Positions 38,401 through 53,100 of a stretch of 64,000 nucleotides of DNA are shown here, piece after piece (position 1 is the stretch's first letter; each line of letters starts with the position of its first letter). A model generated the notes under the pieces. It was not told where the DNA came from. It saw only the letters and a program-made list of their open reading frames with translations, and did not search any database. The DNA is from Malacoraja senta. Its lineage: Eukaryota. Location: the NCBI GenBank assembly GCA_038087875.1, contig JAXLNO010000479.1:1-64000 (forward strand), in the 5' to 3' direction. A program made the translations under genes and the position numbers.

Positions 38401-38624
38401 CAAAAGCGAATGTTATGATGTTGCTTCTCAGTAAATGCTGCCGGCGTAGCCCCCCAGTTTGTGCAGCGGGATTAGACGAAACAAACTTCCACCCGATATT
38501 CATACCAGAATTGATTCTTAAATGTTCAGTTTGTTATCAGTAGACTGCGGAGAGGTGCAACGCCTGGGTTTTCCAGGTGGCTGAATTTGTCAATGACCTT
38601 TTCAGGATTATGGTAAAGACATAG

Positions 38625-41460
38625 CACATAGAAAACAGGTGCAGGAGGAGGCCATTCGGACGTTCGATACAGCACCGCCATTCATTGTGATCATGGCTGA
38701 TCATCCACAATCAGATGACTGCCTTCTCCCCATACCCCTTGATTCCGCCAGCTCCACGAGCTCAATCTTATTCTCTTTTAAATTCATCCAGTGAATTGGC
38801 CTCCACTGCCTTCCGTCGCAGAGAATTTCACAACTTTCTGGATGCAAAACTTTTTTCACATCTCAGTTTAAAATGGCCTCACCTTTATTCTTAGACTGTG
38901 GCCCCTGGTTCTGGACTTCCGCAACATTGGGAACATTTTCCCTGCACCTAGCTTGTCCAGTCCTTTTATAATTGTATATGTTTCTAAAAGAACCCCCCTC
39001 ATCCTTCTAAATTCCAGTCAATACAAGCCCAGTCTTTCCAATCTTTCCTCTTATGACATTCCCGCCACCCTCGGGAATAACCTTGTGAACCTACGCTGCA
39101 CTCCCTCAATGGCACGGATGTCCTTCCTCAAATTAGGAGACCAAATCTGCACACAATACTCCAGATGTGGTTTCAGTAGGGCCCTGTAAAACTGCAGAAG
39201 GACCTATACTCAAATCATCTCATTATGACGGCCAACATGCCATTCGCTTTCTTCGCAGCCTGCGGTAAATGCAAGTTTACTTTCAATGACTGGTGTACAA
39301 GGAAACCCAGGTCTCGTTGCACTTCCCTTTTTCCTAATCTGACACAATTGATATAATAATCTGCCTCTTTGTTCTTGCCTTCAAAGTGGATAACCTCACA
39401 TGTATCTACATTATACTCCACCTGCCATGCATCTGCCCTCTCAATCAACCTGTCCAGGTTACCCTGCAACTTCCTAGCATCCTCTTCGCAGTTCACACTG
39501 CCACCCAGCTTTGTGCCATCTGCAAATTTGCTGATGTCACTTTTAATTTCATAATCCAATTCATTAATGTACATTGTAAATAGCTGCGGCCCCAGCAACG
39601 AGCATTGCGGCACTCCTCTCGCACTGTCTGCCATTCTGACAGGGACCCGTTTATTCCTACTCTTTGTTTCCTGCCTGCCAACCAATTCTCAATCCATGGC
39701 TTACCCTACCCTCAATACCTTGTGCTCCAATTTTGCCCACTATTCTCCTGTGTAGGACCTTATCAAAGGCTTTCTGAAAGTCCAGATACACTACATCCAC
39801 TGGCTCTCCTTCATCCATTTTACCTGTCACATCTTCAAAAAATTCCGGAAGATTAGTCAAGCAGGATTTCCCCTTCATATATCCATGCTGACTTCGACCA
39901 ATCCTATTACTATCATCCCAATGCGCCGTTATTACTTCTTTAATAATTGACTCCAGCATGCCCCCCAACCACCGATGTCAGGCTAACTGGTCTATAATTC
40001 TCCGTTTTCTCTCTCGCTCCTTTCTTGAAAATGGTGATAATTTTAGCTACCCTCCATCCACAAGCACAGTTCCTGAATCAAAGGAAAATGGGGAAATGAT
40101 CACCAATGAGTCAACGATTTCTGGAGCCACCTACAGTACTTGAGTACCCTGGGATGCCCAGACCATCAGGCCCTGGGCATTTTACAGCCTTCAGTCTCAT
40201 CAGTCTACCCAATATTATTTCTCGTCTAATGCAAATGTATTTATGTTCCTCTGTCTTCCTAGATCCTCTGTCATCTAGTACATCTGGGAGATTGTTGGTG
40301 TTTTCCTTATTGAAGACAGAACCAAAGTCCCTGTTCAACTCTTCTGCCATTTCCTTGTTCCCCATAATAATTTCACATGTTTCAGTCTTCAAGGGACCCA
40401 CATGTGTCTGTACTAATCTTTTTCGCTTAACACACCTAAATAAGCTTTTTACTATCCTTCTTTATATTATTGGCAAGCTTAACGTCGAACTTCATCTTTT
40501 CACCCCGTATTGCCCTTTTAGTTACCTTCTGATATCCTTTGAAAGTTTCCAAATCCTCTGGCTTCCCTCTACTCTTTGCGATATTATACATATTTCCTTT
40601 GAGTTTTCTACCGTCCCTAACTTCCCTTGTCTGCCACGGTTGCCTCTTACTCCTCTTAGAATCTTTCTTCCTCTTTGGAATGAAATGATCCTGCATCTTC
40701 TGGATTATGCCCAGAAATACCTGCCATTGCTGTTCCATCGTCATTCCTGCTAGGACCCTTTTCAAACCGGCCTTGGTCAGCTCCTCTCTCATGCCTTCAT
40801 AGTCCCACTTGTTCAAATACAACACTGACAATTCTGATTTAACCTTTTCCCTCTCAAATTGCAGATACAACTTATCATATTAGGATCACTATCTGCAAGC
40901 GATTCCTTTACCTTGAGTTCCCTTATTAAATCTGGTTCATTAGACAATACTAAATCCAGAATTGCCTTCTCTCAGATAGGCTCCAATACAAGCTGCTCTA
41001 AGAATCCATCTCGGAGGCACTCTAAAAACTCCCTTTCTTGGGGTCCAGACTAAACCTGATATTCTAAGTCTGCATATTGAAATCTCCCATAACCAAAGTG
41101 GCATTACCTTTGTTACATGACATTTTTAACTCCTGCTGCAACTTGCACCCTATATCCCGGCTACTGCGTGGGGGCCTGTAAATAGCTCCCATTAGTGTCT
41201 TCTTACCTTTCAATTCCTCATTTCCAGTCCCTATGTCATCCCTCGCAAGGGTCTACATTTCGTCCCTCACCAACGGAGCTACCCCACCTCCTCTGCCCAC
41301 TTGCCTGTCCTTTCTGAAGGACGTATAACCCTGAATATTCAGTTCACAACCCTTATCCTCCTGCAGCCATGTATCTGTAATCCCCACAATGTCATATATA
41401 CCAATCTCTAACTGAGCCTCGTTCATCCACTTTATTTTTTATACATCGCGTATTCATATA
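38625..41460 (-). mobile_element. CR1-type LINE remnant (~2.8 kb)
   Basis: YLDFQKAFDKV, GVPQCSLLGPQLF, ISKFADGTKLGG; many frameshifts. Confidence 0.85.
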
Positions 41461-44369
41461 TAATGCTTTTAAAACAGAAAACTGTTAATCAGTCTGCAGT
41501 CTTATAGGGATTGAATAGTCACGTTTCTCGTCTATATTTCGGGTGACATTACTGATGAGGAATATCGTGATACACGCTTCCCTAGAAACATCTATAAGAT
41601 TACCATGCTTCGTCAGCTAATGATATCTCTCGGCATTCATGGCCTTAATGTCGATTCATTAATTTGTATCACAACAATCACCTGCATTGTTGCCAAAAAA
41701 TGACCACACAATATCACGTGTCCATGATGACTGTGAAAGATACTCAAATAAAAATCCTGGCAGGAATTCTCTTTCCACTTGTATATGGAACGTGATTATA
41801 TTGGTTTCTGAAGGGCAGCCTAACTGCAATTCCCAGCAACGGCACAGTAAGATTTAATTTTCATGTTATCTGAATTATTTATTTTGCTTGCAACAATTGT
41901 CATTGCCGATAGTACTCCGCACGCACGCAAAACGATTAATTCGAAAGTAACACCGCAGTAGGCGGATTATGGTTTACTGTCTATTTTTGTTGTTCAATAA
42001 CGAGGACAAATGTTTCAGAAAACACAGACACAGGAGATTGAGATTGAGATTGGAGATTGACGGATCGAGATCCTTCATCCGGACTGAGATTGCACGAGTG
42101 CAGACCAAGTGAAATCAGTCTAAGCATAGAAACATGGACAATATATACAGGAGAAGGCCATTAAGCCCTTTGAGCCAACACTGCCATTCAATACGAATAT
42201 GGCTGATCATCCAGAATCAGTACCCCGTTCCTGCTTTCCCCTCCATATCCCTTGATTCAGTTAGCCCTAAGAGCTATATCTAAATGGTGAGACGGGATAT
42301 GAGATTGCGAAATTCCGATTTATATATTTCTTAAAACCATTCAATTAAAAAAAAAATGTAGTTGTTCCTACAGAGAATGTTGTTCTTTTTGCAGTAATAA
42401 TTTTATATCTAACTGATTACTGATATCCGTCCAATTTCGGGTCAACCAGCATCTGGGGATGGAATTGAATTTCGGGTAGAGACTCTTCTTCAGATAGTTT
42501 GAAGAATGATCCCGACCCGAAATGTCAATATGTCTGCGTCCTTTAGCGTTTTTCTAATTATCCATTAGTTGCCCGGTCAAATTACTTTTACTTTTTAATT
42601 ACTTTTTAAGAAGATTATCTCCGTCGTACGTGTTCTACCCGCGTAAGAGGCGTTTTCTGAATTACAATCCGTATTTTAATAAACCAAACAAATTGGATCG
42701 CCGACTCTGTGCGAATATCGTTGCACTTCACATTTTGGGAGTGATGTAAACATTTATATCCAAATTCCAAATATATCCATAATGTCTTTTAATAGGCAGG
42801 CTAACAGGAAGGTCACGGATTTGAATCTAGAACGGCAAATAGTTTTTTAAGTGGGATCCTGTGCGGATCCTTCAGTCGGACAGAATCTATTTTCTGGTTA
42901 AATTTAGCAAACACCCCAGTCACCTACTGAAGTCTAATAATATCTCAGGGAAACCTTAATGCTGCTATGAGCATTGCATAAAGAAAGGAATTATGAGTGG
43001 TTTCTTTTTAATTTAATATTTTGTCGTTATTCTTATGGATAACTGTCGTTAACACATTTTGCAATAAATTAAAAACGAGAAGCAATACATTATGTTTTAG
43101 TTATTTTCCCACAAAGCATTCTTGGCGAAGACATTCACTAATTTCTTGTGAACTGTTATTCCCTTGTTTAGTTGAACAACTGTTGCTCTTCATTCGTTTT
43201 TGCTAATTAAGATACGGAGGTTTAAACATACACCTGAAATTTATAATGATTCAGATATGTTGAAACTGTGCTACGTTGGTAAATAACAGACTTATTGATA
43301 TGCTTGGAATATTGTACCAGTGTTATTGTAGTTGTGAATATGTGCAATGTATTCGTATTGAAATCCTATATTCTGCATCTGTTGAGATGTACAATGGTGA
43401 GTTCGGCTCAGGAAACTATTAGGACCAGGGCAAACCTACACGCCTCCAGACGCAGAGGAACACAATCTAAACAATAACAACGTGTTAATTGGAAATCTGA
43501 AATAGTGACAGAAAATGGTGGTATAGAAGTAGCTAATATTTCGTGTCCGATACCCTTGGCCCAGTTCCCCAGAACTGCGGAAAAAGAGAAGGAACATTTG
43601 TCTCTGTAGTAGAGTTGAAACGTGATGGCAATGAGTGTAATAAAATAACCTTCTCTGTTAATGTGAAGTAATGCAACCATCAGGATCAGTTATGGCAGAG
43701 ATCAAACTGGATTAAGTGAACAAGTACAAGTACCTGGTCCTTCACAGAAGCAACAATTGTGCGTTGCCTTTACGCATAATCTGCTAATTTTACCGAAATA
43801 ACTTGGAACTCTGTCTATGATGAGAAGCAACTGGGCATCGCGTTCTTCGCAGTGTTGCCATCACCGATGGTCGGTGCGCTCAGGATGGGTCGGCTGACGT
43901 GGTTCTCTGTTGTTGTGCCCATGGTCCACATGACACATAATAATTCCAATCTCTCAATTACCTGTACGGGAAATCCTGTTCCCGACATCAATTGCCTCCC
44001 GAACGCAGTTAAAATTCAACGATCTTCCTCTGCCAATATCTATTGAAGTCGTGAAAATAGAAAACCCTCTAAATATACATGTCCCGAAACCATCTTGATG
44101 CTCAGGGAACGTGACTTAGCAAAACAAATGGGATACTTCGCTCCATCTTCTTCACACAGCGACATTTCAGAAGCGCATAATAAACAAACAACACTCGGAT
44201 GATGGTAACGAGAAAAATTAAACCTTGCATCAAACAGATCCCTATCAATCCCAGCCATCCCTTTCGACATCCCCGCAGAGACAACGTAATCCTCCTATTA
44301 TCATCTTGTTTCGTGCATCTTGGCTGCCTCTTCACGAATTCGGTCAGCCAGATTGATAATGTTCACTTT

Positions 44370-45043
44370 TAAATCGAGGACGCATTCGACGCGGAGCGGG
44401 CGAGCTGTCGCCGGGGGTCGCCGGAGAGGAGCGCTCCGATCGCTGGCCCGCGGCAGCCTGAAGCCGCGGTCTGCAGAGCACCAGCTGGCGCGGCGTCCTG
44501 GGCCTGGGATCCCCCGTTGGGGATCCGGGAGGAGAGGAGCATCGACCGCCGGCCCGCGGCCAACTTCTACCGCGGGCGCAGAGTGGACGTACCATCAGGA
44601 GCGGGGTCCCTCGCCGGGGACCCCTGGAGCGGAGCTCCGACCGCCGACCCTGCGTTCTGCGGTGCTTCCAGCTGCTGCGCGGCGGGGACTTTTGATCTTC
44701 GACCGCCGGCCTGCGGCCTACACCAACCTGAAGCCGCGGTCTCCGGTAGGGAAGTACCGATTTAGGACTTACCTGGACTTTACCTTGTCGACACATCTGG
44801 ACGCACGCAGCGGCGACTGCGGAGGGTTGAGTTCCCGACCACGGGGGAAATGGAGGAGGACTGGCCAAATTGTGTGCCTTCCTCCACAGTGATGAATGCT
44901 GTGGTGGATGTTTATTTTAAGATTATATTGTGTTTTTGTGTGTTATTTTTTCATCGTACCGCTGCTGGCAAATTCATTTCACTTGCACTTTATGTTTGCA
45001 CTTTATGTGCAAGTGACGAATAAAACTGATTGTATTGTATTGT
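44370..45043 (+). mobile_element. GC-rich non-coding retroposon with Rex/Babar-type 3' end
   Basis: Homologous to 7879-8792. (TTGTA)n tail. Confidence 0.7.
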
Positions 45044-45047
45044 TACA

Positions 45048-47107
45048 TCTATATTACTAAAACTATGATCTTGATCGCTTTCGCTTGACCTGAAATGAAA
45101 GCAAATGGATTGTATTGTTGTCCTCGCCTGCTCTGTGTTTGGCTTGGCCTTACTTGACTTGACTTGGCTTGACTTGAATTGCCTTGGATGACTTGGATTG
45201 ACTTGGATTGACTTGGATTGACTTGGATTGAATTGGATTGATTTGGATTGACTTGGATTGACTTGACTTGACTTTATTTGACTTGACTTGGATTGACTAG
45301 GATTAACTTGGATTGACTTGACTTGGAGTGATTTGGAGTGACGTGGAGTGACTAGGAGAGAGTTGGAGTGACTTGGAGTGACTTGGATTGACTTGGATTG
45401 ACGTGGATTGTCATGGATTGACTTGGATTGACTTGAAATGGATTGACTTGACGATTTGAAATGGCTGGACGACTTGACTTGACTTGACTTGACCTGAAAT
45501 GGATTGACTTGACTTGAAATGGATTGACTTTGTTGGCAAATGGATTGTATTGTTGGCCCCGCTTGCGCTGTGCTTGGCTTTACTTGACTTGACTTGGCTT
45601 GGCTTGGATTGCCTTGGATTGCCTTGGATTGACTTGGAGTGACTTGGATTGATTTGGATTGACTTGACTTGAAATGGATTGACTTGACTTGACTGGACTT
45701 GATGTGAAATGAATTGACTTGACTTGACTTGAAATGGATTGACTTGACTTGACTTGAAATGGATTGTTGGCACTGCACTCACTGTGCTTGACTTGACTTG
45801 ACTTTACTTGATTTGACTTGACTTGACTTGTTGGCCCTGCACTCCGGTTGATCCAAATGTCCCGCTCACTCCGGAAGTCCCGCTCGATGAATCTACTCAG
45901 CCGCGTGAGTAGATTCAAGAGATTTTACTGTCGTATTTATGTTGTGTCTGTTTGAGTGAGTGTGTGTGAGTCAGTGTGTGTGAGATGGAGGGTGGCTGAG
46001 TGTGCCTGTGAGTGTGTGATGGATATTGTGTGTGTGTGAGTGTGGCTGTGTGTGTATGTATGATCATATTGAATGGCGGTGCAGGCTCGAAGGGCCGAAT
46101 GGCCTACTCCTGCACCTATTTTCTATGTATCTATGTATCTATGTATGAATGTGTGTGTGTGTGATGGAGGGTGTCTGTGTGTGTGTGATGGATTGTGCGT
46201 GTGAGGTGGAGGGTATGTGTGTGCCATGGAGGGTGTGTGTGTGAGTCCGCCAGCCGTGAGTCAACTGCCAGCCCACCAGCCGCGAGTGGGTGACTCACAT
46301 GACTGCCCACCTTTGGCCAACCTAAAACCACTCATTTCGGTCCACAATGCCCCTATTAGCCCAGAAACTAGTCCCATTTGCCGAAAATGACCGTATTAGC
46401 CCAGGAGGAGTATTTTGGCCCAAATCACATGTGCCAGGCCGGGAAAATTCAAGAAAAAGTGCCTTTAACTGAGATTTCACTCTGATTTATTTAAAGAGTA
46501 CATTCGGCACATCATGCCTGTACTAGCCCAGAAGGAGTTCCTTCGGCCCATCAGTAAGTATTCCCCCTGCAAGTATTAAACCTCACCCCAGCATGTTTCT
46601 CCCTCCCATCAATGGCTCACAGTGAGATCCACTCCAGGTCAGACTTTCCTCCTTCATTGCTGTGATCTGATGAAAAATGTCTAAACTTGATTCTCCACCC
46701 TCTCCCTCTTCTCTCTCACAGAGTCTCTCACCTGTTTTGAGCAGAATTTCTGGAAGTTTCTGAGCTGCCAGCCCACCAGCCCTGAGCTGCCAGCCCACCA
46801 GCTCTGTGTGAATGAGCTGCCAGCCCACCAGGCCTGAGCTGCCAGCCCGCCAGGCCTGAGTGACTGAACTGCCAGGCCTGAGTGACTGAACTGCCAGACC
46901 TGAGTGACTGAGTGACTGAACTGCCAGCACAGGAATCCATTCGGCCCACAATGTCCAAACTAGCCCTCTGAAAACCAGTCCCTTCGGCCCACAACATTCA
47001 TGCTAGCGCTCCAGAAAGACCCCCCTCCCCGAATGGCCACCAATATTGGAATTGGTGGAGAGGTGGAATATTGCGTTTGGGGACCCAAAGGATCCCACTT
47101 AGTCTAG
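45048..47107 (+). mobile_element. Chimeric Helitron at the array junction (5' end of a second copy plus body and 3' end of the first)
   Basis: A|TCTATATTACTAAAACTATGATCTTGA at 45048, joined at ~45083 to the 33483 sequence. Hairpin-CTAG ends at 47107. Confidence 0.8.
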
Positions 47108-50100
47108 TTTATTGTAAATAGCTGCGGTCCCGGCACAGACCCTTGCGGTACCCCACTAGCCACTGCCTGCCATTCTCAAAGGGACCCGTTAATCCCTACT
47201 CTTTGTTTCCTGTCTGCCAACCAATTTTCTATCCATGTCAGTTCTTTACCCCAATACCATGTGCCCTAATTGTGTCTTCTAATTTCCTATGAGGGACCTT
47301 ATCAAATGCGTTCTGAAGGTCCAAGTACTCTACATCCACTGGCTTTCCCTTGTCCATTTTCCAAGTTACATCCTCAAACAATTCCATAAGATTAGTCAAG
47401 TACGATTTCCCCTTCATAAATCCATGCTGACTCGGACCGATCCTGTTACTGCTATCCAAGGGTGCCGCTATTTGATCTTTTGCAAGTGACTCTAGTATCT
47501 TCCGCACCACCGATGTCAGGCTAACTGGTCTATAATTTCCTCTTTTCTCTTTCCCGCTTTTAAAAAAAAAGTGGGATAACATTAGCTACCCTCTAATCCG
47601 CATGAACTGATCCTGAACATTGGGAAATTAGCACCAATGCATCCACGATATCCAGCGCCACCTGCTTGAGTACACTGGGATGCAGACCATCACGCCCTGG
47701 GGATTTATCAGTCTTCAGTCCCATCTGACTACCCAATACCATGTCCTGCCTAATGTGCATTTTTTCAGATCCTCCATCACCCTAGATCCCATGGCCACTA
47801 GTACACCAGGGAGATTGTTTGAGCCCTCCTTAGTGAAGACGGTTCCAAAGTACCTGTTCACCTCGTCTGCCATTTCTTTGTTCCCCATAATAAATTCACC
47901 ATTTTCAGTCTTCAATTGTCCACATTTGGTCTTAACTATTTCTTTCCTCTACACATACCTAAATAAGTTTTTACTATCCTCCTTTATATTCGTAGCTAGC
48001 TTATCCGCGTACCTCATATTTTCTTCCCGTATTGCCTTTTTTGTTATATTCTGTTGCTCTTTAAAAGTTACCCAATTCTCTGGCTTCCCGCTCACCTATC
48101 CTATGTTATAATTCTTCTCTTTTATTTTTATACTGTCCCTGACTTCACTTGTCAGCCACGGCCGACCTTTACTCCCCTTAGAATCTGTCTTCCTCTTTGA
48201 AATGAATCTTCTGTACACCTTCTGTATTATTCCCAGAAATACATGTCATTTTTGGTCCACTCCCATCCCTACTAGGGTATCTTTCCATTCAACTTTGGCC
48301 AGCTCCTCCCTCATGGCACCATAGTCCCCTTTGTTCAACTATAATACTGACACCCCCGATTTACCCTTCTCCCTCTCAAATTGTATATCAAAACTTATCA
48401 TATTTTGCGCACTTCCTCGTAATGTCTCCATTACCTCGAGTTCCCTTATCAAATCCGGTTCATTACACAACACTAAATCGAAGATTGCCTTCTCCCTGGT
48501 AGGCTCCAATACCAGCTGCTCTAATAAATCATCACGGAGGCACTCCTCAAACTCCCTTTCTTGGGGTCCAGTACCAACCTGATTTTCCCAGTCTACCTGC
48601 ATGTTGAAATTTCAAATAACAACCGTAGCATTATCTTTATGACATGCCAAATTTAACTCTTGATTCAACTTGCACCCTATATCCAGGCTACTGTTTGGGG
48701 GCCTGTTGATAACTCCCATTAGGGTCGTTTTACCCTTACAATTCCTCAGATCTATCCATACTGACACATCTCCTGAATCTATGTCACCCCTCGCAAGGAA
48801 CTGAATTACATTTCTCACCAACAGAGCTACCGCACCCGCTCTGTGCACCGGTCTGTATTCGATAAGATGTCTACCCTTGAATGTTCAGTTGAATTTATAA
48901 TTACAATTTATAAATACTGGAATGTTCCGTTTATAATTACTGCGATCCAATGCACTCGCACACATGTGAATCTTTAATTTTGTACCATCGTTAACAAATC
49001 GTCATTGTTTTAGTATTTCTGCATCGGATTGAATGATGGTTTTTCAAGTGATACCTTGTGAGATAGTGGACCGAATGATGACTTTTGCAATTGCATGTAA
49101 TTCTCATTCCCGTGCTCTCTTCTCACACATCTGCCTGTATACCTAGTTTCTAACTCAGCACTATTGATGCAGATTGATTCATGCACTCCACCTCTTCTTA
49201 AGTCCAATTCCTAGCTCTTTCGTCTTTCAGACACGAGGGAAGAGGCTGTTGCATTCACATCATGCTACGAAGATCTCAATCTCCTTGTAAGATCCGGCTG
49301 ACCACGGTGTATTTATCTACAAACCTGTAAATGTAGTTGGAGCAAGAACTGGTCACACAGCAGGAAGTGTACGGGGAGAGAGTAAGATGCGGACGACGCG
49401 GCTTTTCTGTGCGCCGATGTTGAAAATGATAGCGGACGATGATTTGTCGCTTACCCTTTCTGATTTTGTGTGCGAGTCAGGGGGTCAGTGGCGGAGGGCG
49501 TGATGTCTGCAAGGTACAGGAATATGGAGATGGGTTTGGTTGGATTGTGATACTGATTGTGGATCTGTAGACAGACAATAGGAGGCCTTCTTCTCCAGAT
49601 GTTCTGGAGATGACTGTACCGTGGCGCCATAGAGATGGCGTCCGATGAATTGTCCGAGAACGGTAGGCAAAATGTAATGTGTCAAGGGTGATTCTGAGGC
49701 TGGACTAATGTGCACGATGATCACCGCCTCTAGACAAGTTATGATTGTGGATGCCAGAGACACTACATTCCAGCCACATAATTGACATATGTGTTATTTC
49801 CTCTTTTCCAATATATTGAAGCCAGAAAGAGAAACATGGGCTTAAATTTTCTCAAGTAATGCTTCTTTTTCAGAAACGCGGAGATCAGTATGTTTGAAGA
49901 AGGGTCTCCACCCGAAACGTCACCCATTCCTTCTATCCAAAGATGCTGCCTGTCCCGCTGAGTTACTCCAGCATTTTGTGTCTGTCTTCAGTATGTTTTA
50001 AGCAACTTGCGAATTTCAAACAGCTGTACGTTTACGTTTACAAGCTTTTATCACACGGACCAAAAGCGAATGTTATGACGTTGCTTCTCAGTAAATGCTG

Positions 50101-53100
50101 CCGGCGTAGCCCCCCAGTTTGTGCAGCGGGATTAGACGAAACAAACTTCCACCCGATATTCATACCAGAATTGATTCTTAAATGTTCAGTTTGTTATCAG
50201 TAGACTGCGGAGAGGTGCAACGCCTGGGTTTTCCAGGTGGCTGAATTTGTCAATGACCTTTTCAGGATTATGGTAAAGACATAGCACATAGAAAACAGGT
50301 GCAGGAGGAGGCCATTCGGACGTTCGATACAGCACCGCCATTCATTGTGATCATGGCTGATCATCCACAATCAGATGACTGCCTTCTCCCCATACCCCTT
50401 GATTCCGCCAGCTCCACGAGCTCAATCTTATTCTCTTTTAAATTCATCCAGTGAATTGGCCTCCACTGCCTTCCGTCGCAGAGAATTTCACAACTTTCTG
50501 GATGCAAAACTTTTTTCACATCTCAGTTTAAAATGGCCTCACCTTTATTCTTAGACTGTGGCCCCTGGTTCTGGACTTCCGCAACATTGGGAACATTTTC
50601 CCTGCATCTAGCTTGTCCAGTCCTTTTATAATTGTATATGTTTCTACAAGAACCCCCCTCATCCTTCTAAATTCCAGTCAATACAAGCCCAGTCTTTCCA
50701 ATCTTTCCTCTTATGACATTCCCGCCACCCTCGGGAATAACCTTGTGAACCTACGCTGCACTCCCTCAATGGCACGGATGTCCTTCCTCAAATTAGGAGA
50801 CCAAATCTGCACACAATACTCCAGATGTGGTTTCAGTAGGGCCCTGTAAAACTGCAGAAGGACCTATACTCAAATCATCTCATTATGACGGCCAACATGC
50901 CATTCGCTTTCTTCGCAGCCTGCGGTAAATGCAAGTTTACTTTCAATGACTGGTGTACAAGGAAACCCAGGTCTCGTTGCACTTCCCTTTTTCCTAATCT
51001 GACACAATTGATATAATAATCTGCCTCTTTGTTCTTGCCTTCAAAGTGGATAACCTCACATGTATCTACATTATACTCCACCTGCCATGCATCTGCCCTC
51101 TCAATCAACCTGTCCAGGTTACCCTGCAACTTCCTAGCATCCTCTTCGCAGTTCACACTGCCACCCAGCTTTGTGCCATCTGCAAATTTGCTGATGTCAC
51201 TTTTAATTTCATAATCCAATTCATTAATGTACATTGTAAATAGCTGCGGCCCCAGCAACGAGCATTGCGGCACTCCTCTCGCACTGTCTGCCATTCTGAC
51301 AGGGACCCGTTTATTCCTACTCTTTGTTTCCTGCCTGCCAACCAATTCTCAATCCATGGCTTACCCTACCCTCAATACCTTGTGCTCCAATTTTGCCCAC
51401 TATTCTCCTGTGTAGGACCTTATCAAAGGCTTTCTGAAAGTCCAGATACACTACATCCACTGGCTCTCCTTCATCCATTTTACCGGTCACATCTTCAAAA
51501 AATTCCGGAAGATTAGTCAAGCAGGATTTCCCCTTCATATATCCATGCTGACTTCGACCAATCCTATTACTATCATCCCAATGCGCCGTTATTACTTCTT
51601 TAATAATTGACTCCAGCATGCCCCCCAACCACCGATGTCAGGCTAACTGGTCTATAATTCTCCGTTTTCTCTCTCGCTCCTTTCTTGAAAATGGTGATAA
51701 TTTTAGCTACCCTCCATCCACAAGCACAGTTCCTGAATCAAAGGAAAATGGGGAAATGATCACCAATGAGTCAACGATTTCTGGAGCCACCTACAGTACT
51801 TGAGTACCCTGGGATGCCCAGACCATCAGGCCCTGGGCATTTTACAGCCTTCAGTCTCATCAGTCTACCCAATATTATTTCTCGTCTAATGCAAATGTAT
51901 TTATGTTCCTCTGTCTTCCTAGATCCTCTGTCATCTAGTACATCTGGGAGATTGTTGGTGTTTTCCTTATTGAAGACAGAACCAAAGTCCCTGTTCAACT
52001 CTTCTGCCATTTCCTTGTTCCCCATAATAATTTCACATGTTTCAGTCTTCAAGGGACCCACATGTGTCTGTACTAATCTTTTTCGCTTAACACACCTAAA
52101 TAAGCTTTTTACTATCCTTCTTTATATTATTGGCAAGCTTAACGTCGAACTTCATCTTTTCACCCCGTATTGCCCTTTTAGTTACCTTCTGATATCCTTT
52201 GAAAGTTTCCAAATCCTCTGGCTTCCCTCTACTCTTTGCGATATTATACATATTTTCTTTGAGTTTTCTACCGTCCCTAACTTCCCTTGTCTGCCACGGT
52301 TGCCTCTTACTCCTCTTAGAATCTTTCTTCCTCTTTGGAATGAAATGATCCTGCATCTTCTGGATTATGCCCAGAAATACCTGCCATTGCTGTTCCATCG
52401 TCATTCCTGCTAGGACCCTTTTCAAACCGGCCTTGGTCAGCTCCTCTCTCATGCCTTCATAGTCCCACTTGTTCAAATACAACACTGACAATTCTGATTT
52501 AACCTTTTCCCTCTCAAATTGCAGATACAACTTATCATATTAGGATCACTATCTGCAAGCGATTCCTTTACCTTGAGTTCCCTTATTAAATCTGGTTCAT
52601 TAGACAATACTAAATCCAGAATTGCCTTCTCTCAGATAGGCTCCAATACAAGCTGCTCTAAGAATCCATCTCGGAGGCACTCTAAAAACTCCCTTTCTTG
52701 GGGTCCAGACTAAACCTGATATTCTAAGTCTGCATATTGAAATCTCCCATAACCAAAGTGGCATTACCTTTGTTACATGACATTTTTAACTCCTGCTGCA
52801 ACTTGCACCCTATATCCCGGCTACTGCGTGGGGGCCTGTAAATAGCTCCCATTAGTGTCTTCTTACCTTTCAATTCCTCATTTCCAGTCCCTATGTCATC
52901 CCTCGCAAGGGTCTACATTTCGTCCCTCACCAACGGAGCTACCCCACCTCCTCTGCCCACTTGCCTGTCCTTTCTGAAGGACGTATAACCCTGAATATTC
53001 AGTTCACAACCCTTATCCTCCTGCAGCCATGTATCTGTAATCCCCACAATGTCATATATACCAATCTCTAACTGAGCCTCGTTCATCCACTTTATTTTTT

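Larger units (their letters stand above)
33483..45082. repeat. Tandem macro-repeat copy 1 (11,600 bp)
   Basis: Matches copy 2 at offset 11,600 up to ~33745 and at 11,660 afterwards (60-bp satellite indel). Confidence 0.95.

Noticed and set aside
44320..44892. 190-aa and 174-aa overlapping ORFs (also 8045-8687 and 55980-56552)
   Set aside because: GC-rich retroposon body; the frames are not conserved between family copies.
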